From: a virus
Length of the DNA: 61,150 nt
Reading direction: 5' to 3' (one strand)
IMG/VR virus record: IMGVR_UViG_3300025572_000003
The notes beneath the pieces are model-generated. The model ran no database searches, had not been told where the DNA came from, and saw nothing but the letters and a program-made list of their open reading frames with translations. The position numbers and the translations under genes were made by a program. This document shows positions 42,893 to 51,636 of this stretch, piece by piece; the stretch's first letter is position 1; every line of letters starts with the position of its first letter.

Positions 42893-43996
42893 ATGCCTGT
42901 CATCCACTTGACCGAAGGTGAAATGGATATCAAATCCCTCACCACGTTTGGTCTCCATGCAAAGCCTAAGACTGATTCGCCAATCGGGTATTTTGGTACC
43001 GGATTGAAAATGGCAATTGCGGTGTTGGTGCGCAACAGATACACTGTTGTTCTTTGGATCGGAACAAAATGTTTCGAGTTCTATGTCAAAGACATCGAAT
43101 TCCGAGACAAAGGTTTCGGTCAGGTGATGATGCGTAGAAAAGATGGTCTTTTTGGCAAGTGGCGATATCAAGAGCTACCCTTCACAACCGAACTTGCCAA
43201 AAACTGGGAGGTGTGGCAGGCTTTCCGTGAACTCGAAGCTAACACCCGAGACGAGAACGGATCAACTTACTATGACACTACTCCTCCTGACCAGATCATC
43301 AATTCGGAGGGGTATACGAAGATCATTGTTGACGGGCGTGAATACGAAGATGCGTGGCACAATATCCATGACATCTTTATTCCTGGAGGATTGTTGCGCA
43401 AGGAAGGGGACGATACAATCCAGGTCTTCGAGCGTTCAAGCAAATACATTTACTACCGTGGTCTTCGGATTGTTGATCTGGAAGTTCCTTCACTATACAC
43501 GTACAACATCCTGTCTCCGATTGAACTGACAGAAGATCGGACAGCGAAGTCGATATATTCGGTCAACTACCTTATTGCGTCGTACATCGTTACCTCGAAG
43601 GATCCGAAATTTGTGTCCCAAGTGGTAACCGCCGACAAAGACAAATTTTATGAGGGGCGTCTGGACTTCGAATATCTGTACCAGAGTCCGTCTAATGTCT
43701 TCAAGGAAGTCGTAGCCGAGAAACTTTCACGTCAAGAGAAATCTGTTCTGCCAGGAATCGCAAGCTACTACGAATCCTACAGCCCACCTCCTCCACCTCC
43801 TCCAAAGGAAGAGCAACTCTGGTATAAGCTCCAACAGTGGTATTTGAAGACTGCGGGTTCACACCCTGAGCTGTTTAAGGTTGATGACCACAACCTCTTC
43901 CAAAGTTGCTTTGACGAGTTGGGAAGGCCTGCGACAGAGGCGGCGAAGGCTCTTGAAACGGAAGCAGTAGATATTGACGACACCATACTCTTCTGA
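42893..43996 (+). CDS. hypothetical protein (poly-Pro linker PPPPPPP)
   Basis: GGAGG RBS before ATG 42893. No secure motif. Confidence 0.5.
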   Translation: MPVIHLTEGEMDIKSLTTFGLHAKPKTDSPIGYFGTGLKMAIAVLVRNRYTVVLWIGTKCFEFYVKDIEFRDKGFGQVMMRRKDGLFGKWRYQELPFTTELAKNWEVWQAFRELEANTRDENGSTYYDTTPPDQIINSEGYTKIIVDGREYEDAWHNIHDIFIPGGLLRKEGDDTIQVFERSSKYIYYRGLRIVDLEVPSLYTYNILSPIELTEDRTAKSIYSVNYLIASYIVTSKDPKFVSQVVTADKDKFYEGRLDFEYLYQSPSNVFKEVVAEKLSRQEKSVLPGIASYYESYSPPPPPPPKEEQLWYKLQQWYLKTAGSHPELFKVDDHNLFQSCFDELGRPATEAAKALETEAVDIDDTILF

Positions 43997-44025
43997 GGCA
44001 CTACAAACAGTTATGGAGGACAACT

Positions 44026-44361
44026 ATGAGTAAGGAATACAACGGTGAAGTTTTCCAACTGACTATTAATGACGTAGCACAGGAGCGACTCAACACTGAA
44101 AAGGTCAAAAGCAAGTTAACTCCTGCAATGCTTAAAGAGTGTACGGATGTAGTTACGTTTCAGCAGTACCGAACCAAGCGTCTTGCAGGTACAAAGAAGG
44201 CATTCAAAATGCCCAACCTCGAGAATGCCACACCAAGTGGACTGATTGACATGCTTGGTGACGTTCGAGAACAGATGGCTGACCTCAAAAGGCTGGAAGG
44301 TATCTACAAAACTGCGCTTGAAGCGCGGTTGAAGAAGGAAGAGGAAGACAAGAAAAAGTAA
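44026..44361 (+). CDS. hypothetical protein
   Basis: ORF track. Confidence 0.5.
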   Translation: MSKEYNGEVFQLTINDVAQERLNTEKVKSKLTPAMLKECTDVVTFQQYRTKRLAGTKKAFKMPNLENATPSGLIDMLGDVREQMADLKRLEGIYKTALEARLKKEEEDKKK

Positions 44362-44456
44362 GCGGGAGCTCCACAGGATCACTAGACCAACTGTATCCTA
44401 CTTGTAGACAACACAACAATGATATATTATTGTAGGATATGGTTGGTGTAGTGGAC

Positions 44457-44485
44457 TACTACCACTACCACTACCACTACTACCG
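44457..44485 (+). repeat. CTACCA/CTA simple repeat
   Basis: ctactaccactaccactaccactactacc in the 5' region of CDS 44506. Confidence 0.8.
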
Positions 44486-44505
44486 AGGTGGAGGGCGGGC
44501 GTACG

Positions 44506-44835
44506 ATGTCAATCACAAATCACCCAAACGTAAGGGCAGCAATTGCAATGTCTAAGGAAGAACTTGACGAGCTACCGATCGGTGAGGTTATTGACACGGA
44601 TAAAACTATTCGGGATAAGATCATTCACGTACTTTCGATCTACCCCCAGATCTCTACTAGTATGCTCCAGATCGGCGTCGGTACTTCTTTGATGCCCGCT
44701 CTGTGGAAGCCTGTACTGGAAAAGATGATCGAAGAGGGGATTGTCAAGCGCGTCCGAAAGACAGTCGTGACTCCTACCGACCGCCAGCAGTCATATACGA
44801 TTTTGTCTCTGGCACAGCCTGATGCACATCGCTAA
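44506..44835 (+). CDS. putative winged-helix protein
   Basis: GGTGGAGGG RBS. C-terminal ..VLEKMIEEGIVKRV.. Confidence 0.35.
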   Translation: MSITNHPNVRAAIAMSKEELDELPIGEVIDTDKTIRDKIIHVLSIYPQISTSMLQIGVGTSLMPALWKPVLEKMIEEGIVKRVRKTVVTPTDRQQSYTILSLAQPDAHR

Positions 44836-44863
44836 CTACGACGACACGCATTTCTGGTGAGCC

Positions 44864-47251
44864 ATGACGACCGACAATCGTATGGCGGAGGACCTTGCGA
44901 CGTCAGGGCTGACAATTGAAGACGTGAATGCACGTTGGATCTCTAGCCCAGAGAAAGCCGCAACTAGGACTCCGTTCTCTGTAAACGGCTATGTAATACC
45001 GTACTTCAACATCCACGGTAAACCCGCATCTTTCTACCGGGTCAAACTGTTTGACTTTGACCCTAAGTATAAGCAGCCAAAAGACACTCCTAATCACGTC
45101 TACTTCCCTAAGGGTTTCATGGCTTGTGCAGAAAAGCACAACTATGTTATCCTGACTGAGGGAGAGAAGAAGGCTGCTTTGGCTACAAAAATGGGCTTTC
45201 CTGCCTGTGCTTTGGGTGGTGTTGATAGCTGGCGTAACCGAATTGTTACTCTTCCGGCAGATGCTGAGCTGAATGCCAACGAGAAAAAGGTTCAAGCAAA
45301 ACTGCCCGCAGGCGAAGAGCTGACCGAAGATCAGATGGCACCGCTTGCATTGGGTATGCAGGAACTGATTGATTACCTGATTAATTCGGGTAAGCATCTT
45401 GTGATCATTTACGACACTGACAGCCAGTTCGGAACGAACTTTCAGGTCCAACGCGCAGCTGCATCACTGGCATTCGAGCTTCGCTTCAAAGGTGTCCGAT
45501 TCGATCGTATCCGGCAGCTAACTCTACCACTACTTCCGCAGTTGTCAAAGGTTGGACTGGATGACTATTTGCTAAACCAACCAACAAACACTGCATTTCA
45601 TGACTTGCTAACAAACTGTCTACAGAAACGTTCGGCATTTCCAAGACATCCAAACATTCGAGACTACTTGAACAAGCGTCTCCAGAAGCCCAAGTTGTCT
45701 CGAAAGGAGATGCAGCAGGTTGCTATTGCAATTCTGTCTGAGCTGGATGCCGGTGGTTTGCGGCTGAGGTCTGCAGATGAACTGCAAGCATATTACTTTG
45801 ACTACAAAACCCACAAGCTCATGAAGGTATCCTTTACGGGTCAACCAAATGAGATGACCGAAACAGAGTTCGGACAATACATGTACCGAACATTTGGACT
45901 TGGCGCAGCAGACTTTCGAGTCATGCAATGGCTTGGTACTCAGTTTACTGGTGAAGATCCAATTGAGGATGTTACACCATACCGAGTGTTTGCACGGCCG
46001 AATTTCCACGATGACAACGTCATCATGCAGATTAGTGATGGTGAATATGTCATTATTGACAAGAATGGACTTACAATCAAGGCAAACGGTACTGACGGTA
46101 TCCTGTTTGAGTCGGGACATGTAAAACCAGTTGACACCGAGAAGCTCAAGGCAGAATGGGTAAAGCAGACATCCAACAATGCTGACAAACCACTACCCAA
46201 CTGGTGGATGGACGTTTTGTCACTTGTCAGGCTAAAAGACAAAGACAAGCAACGTGTAATCACTGCTCTAATGTTCTACCTGTCTCCTTGGCTGTACAGG
46301 TGGCGAGGTACTCAGCTGCCTATTGAGATGACTCTCGGTGAAGCCGGCTCTGGCAAATCAACACTGCAGGAACTGCGTCTCTCAATTCAAACAGGAGTTC
46401 CTAAACTACGCAATGCTCCGCAAGACCTTAAAGACTGGCATGCGTCTGTAGCAAATAGCGGCGGCTTGCACGTTACAGACAACGTACAGCTTGTTGATAG
46501 GAACTTACGGCAGAGACTCTCAGATGAAATCTGCCGTATCATCACCGAACCTAACCCTACCATTGAAATGCGTAAGTATTTCACTAATGCTGAGCTTATG
46601 CAGATTCCGGTACGATGCGTATTCGGTATTACTGCGATTCAGCAGCCCTTCCTAAATGCAGACATCTTGCAACGTGCAATCATCATTGAACTAGACAAAG
46701 CGCAAGACCTGATTAATGGGTCCCTATCATATGATGGTAGGTGGAAAGAGCAGCAGCTGTCTCGCTTTGGCGGACGTGAAGCGTGGTTGGCTCATCACTT
46801 TACTGTCCTGCATCGGTTCTTTACGCTCATCCAGCGGCGTTGGAACATGGCTTATCAAGCTAAGCACCGCCTGATCAACTTCGAACAGGCATTGTGCATA
46901 ATGGCTGAGGTATTTGGTATCCGAAGTGACTGGATTCCTGACTATCTCGTAGGGGTGACTAACCATGCAGTAACAGAAGCAGACTTTGCTTTCGAAGGAA
47001 TCTGTGCATTTGCGGCATATTGGCGTACTCATGGAATGAATGGTAAGACATATCGACCATTTACCGTTCAGGAAATTGCCAATTGGGCAATGAGTAGTGA
47101 TGTGTACGACAAGTGCGAGCAAATCACCAATACCAGAAAACTTGGGCGCTATCTGAAAGTGCATAAGACTATGATAGCGAGTGCTGCCGGGATTGTTGAA
47201 GGAGGAAGCAGTAATAACCGACAGATGTATAAATTGCTTGAAATAAATTAA
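44864..47251 (+). CDS. bifunctional primase-helicase (Toprim-like N-terminal region + P-loop NTPase)
   Basis: VILTEGEKKA..GGVDSW (Toprim-like) and Walker A GEAGSGKST. 795 aa. Confidence 0.6.
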   Translation: MTTDNRMAEDLATSGLTIEDVNARWISSPEKAATRTPFSVNGYVIPYFNIHGKPASFYRVKLFDFDPKYKQPKDTPNHVYFPKGFMACAEKHNYVILTEGEKKAALATKMGFPACALGGVDSWRNRIVTLPADAELNANEKKVQAKLPAGEELTEDQMAPLALGMQELIDYLINSGKHLVIIYDTDSQFGTNFQVQRAAASLAFELRFKGVRFDRIRQLTLPLLPQLSKVGLDDYLLNQPTNTAFHDLLTNCLQKRSAFPRHPNIRDYLNKRLQKPKLSRKEMQQVAIAILSELDAGGLRLRSADELQAYYFDYKTHKLMKVSFTGQPNEMTETEFGQYMYRTFGLGAADFRVMQWLGTQFTGEDPIEDVTPYRVFARPNFHDDNVIMQISDGEYVIIDKNGLTIKANGTDGILFESGHVKPVDTEKLKAEWVKQTSNNADKPLPNWWMDVLSLVRLKDKDKQRVITALMFYLSPWLYRWRGTQLPIEMTLGEAGSGKSTLQELRLSIQTGVPKLRNAPQDLKDWHASVANSGGLHVTDNVQLVDRNLRQRLSDEICRIITEPNPTIEMRKYFTNAELMQIPVRCVFGITAIQQPFLNADILQRAIIIELDKAQDLINGSLSYDGRWKEQQLSRFGGREAWLAHHFTVLHRFFTLIQRRWNMAYQAKHRLINFEQALCIMAEVFGIRSDWIPDYLVGVTNHAVTEADFAFEGICAFAAYWRTHGMNGKTYRPFTVQEIANWAMSSDVYDKCEQITNTRKLGRYLKVHKTMIASAAGIVEGGSSNNRQMYKLLEIN

Positions 47252-47272
47252 GTGCGACCATTAAATTGGAGC

Positions 47273-47301
47273 TTGAGGACACAGCTATGAAGCTATATAA
47301 T
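47273..47301 (+). promoter_or_regulatory. sigma70-like promoter
   Basis: TTGAGG-17 nt-TATAAT. Confidence 0.5.
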
Positions 47302-47360
47302 CAATAATGTACTGAATGAGACACCTCTGCGATGAATGTGGAGGTTATCGGAGGTTTATC

Positions 47361-47705
47361 ATGGCAAAGCGTGACAAGCAGCAGGAGGCTGAAATGTTTG
47401 AGACGACGAACACTGAGAACACTGAGAACACCGCTGCCGTCGTGGAAGAGACGAAGACGGATGAGCGCTACAAGATGGTCACGCATCCAGAGACGGGCGA
47501 GCTGGTGAAGCGCAAGGACTTCATCCTCGAGTGCTGGGTGCAGAAGCGTATGTCGCGTGGCGAGATCGCCAAGAAGCTTACCGAGATCACGGGCAAGAAG
47601 GTTCCGTACCAGATTGTCTTCGCTGCGACGAAGAATGTCGCCGGCGGCCCTGTGAAGACGGACGCTGCTTCGGCTGAGGGCACCAACGAAGGCGCCGCTG
47701 AGTAA
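47361..47705 (+). CDS. small DNA-binding-like protein, possible distant member of the HTH paralog family
   Basis: GGAGG 6 nt before ATG 47361. Motif MSRGEIAKKL....VPYQIVFAATK. Local GC ~57-75 % in sampled lines. Confidence 0.45.
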   Translation: MAKRDKQQEAEMFETTNTENTENTAAVVEETKTDERYKMVTHPETGELVKRKDFILECWVQKRMSRGEIAKKLTEITGKKVPYQIVFAATKNVAGGPVKTDAASAEGTNEGAAE

Positions 47706-47735
47706 GCACCTAGAGTCTTACGACTCCTCCCCAAC

Positions 47736-47771
47736 TAGCCGGTCTCAAGCAATTGGGATCGGCTATTTTTC
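47736..47771 (+). terminator. rho-independent terminator
   Basis: 11-bp stem TAGCCGGTCTC / GGGATCGGCTA (2 G.U pairs on the plus strand), followed by TTTTT. Confidence 0.65.
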
Positions 47772-47787
47772 TGCCTAGGAGCCGAGG

Positions 47788-48285
47788 ATGTCCAAATTTA
47801 GTGTATTCCGCAAGGCATGTAACCAGGCAAAGAACATTAAGCCATTCAGTGGAACACTCCTTGCATTAGATCCTGGTGAGACGACTGGTTGGGCAAGTTT
47901 TAGTGCAACTAATGAAGTGAGCGCACTTGTAGACCAAGGACAGATCAAGACTTGGCCTCAACAGGATATGGTTGAACAACTGACCAAGCTCTACGACCAT
48001 GTCAAACCTGATTTAGTGGTGCATGAATTATATACAGTATATGACTGGAAAACTGATGATCATGCATGGTCGCAGATTCCGACAGTACACGTTATTGGAT
48101 GCATAGAAACACTGTGCATTCAACGTAGTATCCCGTTCATTTCACAGACAGCACAAGTTGCAAAGAACTTTTGCACTGACAACAAGTTAAAGTCGTGGAA
48201 CTATTATATCGAAGGACGACGGCATGCCCGGGATGCAATTCGACACGGGTGTTACTTTCTATTGTTCGGAATGGTCAGCAAATAA
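47788..48285 (+). CDS. ruvC: RuvC-like Holliday junction resolvase
   Basis: N-terminal LLALDPGETTGWA catalytic Asp motif. ~165 aa. Confidence 0.7.
   Translation: MSKFSVFRKACNQAKNIKPFSGTLLALDPGETTGWASFSATNEVSALVDQGQIKTWPQQDMVEQLTKLYDHVKPDLVVHELYTVYDWKTDDHAWSQIPTVHVIGCIETLCIQRSIPFISQTAQVAKNFCTDNKLKSWNYYIEGRRHARDAIRHGCYFLLFGMVSK
48247..48270 (+). repeat. 24-bp direct repeat, copy 1 (inside the ruvC 3' end)
   Basis: gggtgttactttctattgttcgga, identical to 48648-48671. Confidence 0.95.
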
Positions 48286-48355
48286 TTTGGACTCTTGAGT
48301 GATCCTAATAGCATGCAATATAATATGGAGAATGAAAAGATGGAGGGTGACTGAT

Positions 48356-48610
48356 ATGAGCGCAATCAAATACATTGCCATTTTCTCCAACGGGACGCAA
48401 TATGAAACCAACACCAAGCGTCCGACTGCATATGCTTGGCGTGTTGAATGGAAACGGACGAATGGTGACATGGCTGATGCGGGAGGATTTTCCGCAACCC
48501 GCGAAAACGCTGAAAAGGCGATGAACGCTTGGATTGCTCGTATCAACAAAGGTCCCTACAATGCCGGAATTACTTTTAAGGAAGTTGCCAAAGCAAATCC
48601 TGGAGCGTGA
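48356..48610 (+). CDS. hypothetical protein (cargo of the cassette flanked by the 24-bp repeats)
   Basis: GGAGG RBS before ATG 48356. Confidence 0.5.
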   Translation: MSAIKYIAIFSNGTQYETNTKRPTAYAWRVEWKRTNGDMADAGGFSATRENAEKAMNAWIARINKGPYNAGITFKEVAKANPGA

Positions 48611-48611
48611 C

Positions 48612-48649
48612 TGATGTTCAAGCAAAGCCTGGGAAGCATAAGCTCAAGG
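48612..48649 (+). pseudogene. remnant of the 5' end of an HNH-like endonuclease gene
   Basis: tgatgttcaagcaaagcctgggaagcataagctcaagg matches 49557-49595 (the start of CDS 49559) with 4 differences including a 1-nt indel. Confidence 0.6.
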
Positions 48650-48671
48650 GTGTTACTTTCTATTGTTCGGA
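48648..48671 (+). repeat. 24-bp direct repeat, copy 2
   Basis: Identical to 48247-48270. Read in the ruvC frame it continues GCYFLLFGQLNTRL-stop. Confidence 0.95.
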
Positions 48672-48686
48672 CAGTTAAATACCCGC

Positions 48687-48716
48687 TTGTGATCCATTAA
48701 TGAATCGTAGTATAAT
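48687..48716 (+). promoter_or_regulatory. sigma70-like promoter (paralogous to 40831..40860)
   Basis: TTGTGA-18 nt-TATAAT. Confidence 0.6.
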
Positions 48717-48756
48717 ACAGAATAGATGGGTTTCAGATCAAGCATAGGAGACTGAC

Positions 48757-49002
48757 ATGCAGCTGTTCGGAATCAAAATCGTTTCTGCCAAGCACTACAA
48801 CGAACTTGAGCTTCGAATCCGGAACATTAATGAAAGTCTCGCAGAGCTCTCGGCCTGCGTAAGCGATCTCATGGAGCTTGAAGAGGCGCGGCGCAAGAAT
48901 AAGTTCAGCCCCAAGCAGCGTATGGAGCACCGCCAGGCAGTCGACGCTAAGTTTCGCAGCCTTGCGTCCAATATCGATCGTTTGCTGCAGGGAGTTAAGT
49001 GA
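48757..49002 (+). CDS. hypothetical coiled-coil protein
   Basis: ORF track. Confidence 0.5.
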   Translation: MQLFGIKIVSAKHYNELELRIRNINESLAELSACVSDLMELEEARRKNKFSPKQRMEHRQAVDAKFRSLASNIDRLLQGVK

Positions 49003-49559
49003 TGAACAATATCTGCCCCGACACTGGAATTGATGTTACAGGTTGCACTCCCGCCAAAAAAGGCGGAATTAGAGGTAAGAGTTTTTGGAACTATACATGC
49101 AGCATGTGCGGTAATGCTGCCTCCAATGCTTACAGTGAACCTCATCGTTCGCGAATGCTCCGCAACCGCATGTGTTTCTCATGCGATCACTGGCATGAGA
49201 ACATTGACAAGCGGTTGGAGAAGGATTACAAGCGATCGACTATTATTGACGGTCATTTGTATTCTCCTGGTAACCGTACAACCGGGTCATTTCGTGGAAT
49301 GGCCGGTCGCCGATTTGACATTGAATACATCGGAGAGTCCGAGTTCGCAGGGAAAAGGATCACTACCTTTGACTTGTGGAGTGCAGGTGCAATGCCTGAA
49401 TGGCTGCAGAAAAAGTATCCTGACACTGCTCGTTTCATAAACGGGGCATCCAAGAACACTCATCAGTACAAGCCTGATGGACTTGCGACGACTTCTTGGA
49501 ACCCCTCGGAAAGTCGTGTCGAACCCTACCCGCTACCATCCGCTCTCGGGCTGAAGTGA
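48999..49559 (+). CDS. hypothetical Cys-rich (zinc-finger-like) protein
   Basis: CSMCGN...CFSCDHW. Confidence 0.45.
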   Translation: MMNNICPDTGIDVTGCTPAKKGGIRGKSFWNYTCSMCGNAASNAYSEPHRSRMLRNRMCFSCDHWHENIDKRLEKDYKRSTIIDGHLYSPGNRTTGSFRGMAGRRFDIEYIGESEFAGKRITTFDLWSAGAMPEWLQKKYPDTARFINGASKNTHQYKPDGLATTSWNPSESRVEPYPLPSALGLK

Positions 49560-50128
49560 TGGCTCAAGCAAAGCCTAGGAAACATAAACTCAAGGCGGGT
49601 CAGAAGATCCATTCGTGGACTCTGATCCAACGCCTTCGGGATGACACTACCACCAAAAGTCCTAATCTGAAGATCCGGTGGCGGTGCGAATGTGTATGTG
49701 GTACTCGGATGACTCTTCCGCAATACTATCTTGTCCGAGAGAACCCGAAGACAGATTGTGGATGCGGACGTAAGACTCTCAAGACCATTTACAACCAGGA
49801 ATATCGTATCTGGTTAATGATGCATGTCAGAACGGAAGATCCGACACATGTTGCGTATAAGCATTACGGTGGAAGAGGTATCCGGGTCTGCGATGAATGG
49901 CACAAGAGCAGGGGAGACGAGGGTTTCAAAGCCTTTCTTGACTTCGTCGGTCCGCGGCCATCACCGGCTCACTCAATTGACAGAGTAGATAATGACCTTG
50001 GCTATCAACCTTATCAAGCTGATGGAGTCACAAGGCAAGTTCGATGGGCTACAGCAAAAGAGCAAAGAGCCAATCAACGACCCTATACCTACCACAAACG
50101 AGACACTAAAAAGCCCAGCGAGCAATAA
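49559..50128 (+). mobile_element. free-standing homing-endonuclease-like gene (family often annotated as HNH endonuclease)
   Basis: Pattern YRIW..M..R...P.H..YKHYGGRGI.VCDEW...F..F..D.GPRPS..HSIDR.DN...Y......RWAT..EQ..N. ATG 49559 overlaps the upstream stop. Confidence 0.5.
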
Positions 50129-50259
50129 CTTTGCACCCTACAAGAAATAATTTGATGGGCAACCAGCTTTTTGACTCTTGTGACGAGTAAATAGTCCAAG
50201 CTATTATATACGGGTAAGATGAGAGTTGAGCAAGCACTTCGAGTGCATAGGAGGCTGCA

Positions 50260-50904
50260 ATGGCAAGCCCGTACGAAGAAGGGCGTGAAGCGCGGTATTG
50301 TGGAATGCATCTGAGTCAGAATCCATACCCGCGCAATTCCGATGACTGGGCGTCGTGGCGTTACGGTTTTGTGGATGAAGACGTCCGACTGGCAACTGAA
50401 CGCCGTGCAAAACTGCATGTAGCCAAGTCTGTACAAAACCTGAAAGAGTTCATGAAAGAAGAGCAGCAAATGTCACTACCGCTCAACGGCGCAATTCAAA
50501 CGGTTGATTGTGTCTTTCAGCACGATCTCCGTCCGGAACTCGGCTACTACCACAATCCGAAGAAGAAGTATTCCTACTTGACTGACGATATGTCGATCAA
50601 GGTAGGTGACATTGTCGTAGTGGATGCCCCGTCGACGGGTTACACGTGCGTCAAGGTGGTCGGAGTGCATCCGTACATCGAGAAGCCTCGTGCAACTAAA
50701 TGGGTCGTCGGTAGGGTAGACGTTGAAGGCTTTGAAGCCGGACAGAAGCGTCGCGCTCGCATCCAGCAGTTGATGAACCAGCTGGATACTGCGGTCGAGG
50801 ATTACAAGAGGCGTGTCAAGTATGAAGAGATTGCAGAGCGGGATCCGACTGTGAAGGAACTCTTGGAGGAGCTCAACAAGCTTGCTGCTGGGAACGGGGA
50901 GTAA
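50260..50904 (+). CDS. hypothetical protein with Rmf-like N-terminal motif
   Basis: EGREARYCGMHLSQNPYPRNSDDWASWRYGF resembles the ribosome modulation factor pattern G..A..G....NPY......W..G. Confidence 0.3.
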   Translation: MASPYEEGREARYCGMHLSQNPYPRNSDDWASWRYGFVDEDVRLATERRAKLHVAKSVQNLKEFMKEEQQMSLPLNGAIQTVDCVFQHDLRPELGYYHNPKKKYSYLTDDMSIKVGDIVVVDAPSTGYTCVKVVGVHPYIEKPRATKWVVGRVDVEGFEAGQKRRARIQQLMNQLDTAVEDYKRRVKYEEIAERDPTVKELLEELNKLAAGNGE

Positions 50905-50984
50905 GATCAGCAGATCCAGCAAGGCGGCAGTCCTTAAATAACCACCGCGTACACATCCATGATTTCGAGTCATAGGAGATAGAC

Positions 50985-51572
50985 ATGCATTTCACCCAGT
51001 CCTCTACGCTTTGGTTGCGTCCCAATCCGATTAACAGTGGTGGTGAGTTTGCCCAGCTCATGAATGAGCGGGAGAAGCGCCGCGCAATGAACGCTTTCTC
51101 GGACAAGAAGCCCAATGAGGCTGATCGCCGTTGGATCCTGGGTGTTCTAACGGTCTTCGCAGATGCAGCCGAAGTTACCTTCGCACAGGCTGTGCACGCA
51201 TTCAAGACTGGTCGAATGGAGGCGCTGCGTAACTGTCACATCCGTCGACTGAGCCAGCTGAATACCGATCCGCGAGTTCATATGTTGCTGAAGCAGCCTA
51301 ATCCTCCGTTTCATGAACCGATTTTGAAGGAGCTGGAGAGTGTTCGGAAACTTGCCAACATGAGCGAAAATGATCACATTGCCTTTTTGCGTAAGGCGTG
51401 GTCGTTTGCACTCACTGTTCGGCATGAATTTGATGAACTTCCTCCGATGCTGAGTGGGCTCAAGTCGGATGATGCTGACACTACAGTGAAGCCCAAGAAG
51501 GTACGTAGCCGCAAGAGACGGGCTACTGCAGAGAAGGTTGCCCAGACACCTGCTGAACCAGTTCATGCATAA
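50985..51572 (+). CDS. hypothetical protein
   Basis: ORF track. Confidence 0.5.
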   Translation: MHFTQSSTLWLRPNPINSGGEFAQLMNEREKRRAMNAFSDKKPNEADRRWILGVLTVFADAAEVTFAQAVHAFKTGRMEALRNCHIRRLSQLNTDPRVHMLLKQPNPPFHEPILKELESVRKLANMSENDHIAFLRKAWSFALTVRHEFDELPPMLSGLKSDDADTTVKPKKVRSRKRRATAEKVAQTPAEPVHA

Positions 51573-51573
51573 C

Positions 51574-51636
51574 TGCCTCTGATGAGCTCTAGGCATAGAG
51601 CGAAACTAGTCCTATCGTGTTAGGGCTAGTCAGGCA
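51574..51636 (+). ncRNA. type I hammerhead self-cleaving ribozyme (predicted cleavage after C51631)
   Basis: Helix I is TGCCT/AGGCA. The core is CTGATGA. Helix II is GCTCT-aggcat-AGAGC, followed by GAA. Helix III is ACTAGTCC-tatcgtgtta-GGGCTAGT (one G.U pair). The GUC cleavage triplet is present and all conserved core nucleotides are canonical. Confidence 0.85.

Noticed and set aside
50237-50258. Possible sixth, degenerate copy of the box (GAGTGCATAGGAGGCTG)
   Set aside because: Only 12 of 17 positions match. The matching part overlaps the AGGAGG RBS of CDS 50260, so the similarity is probably coincidental.
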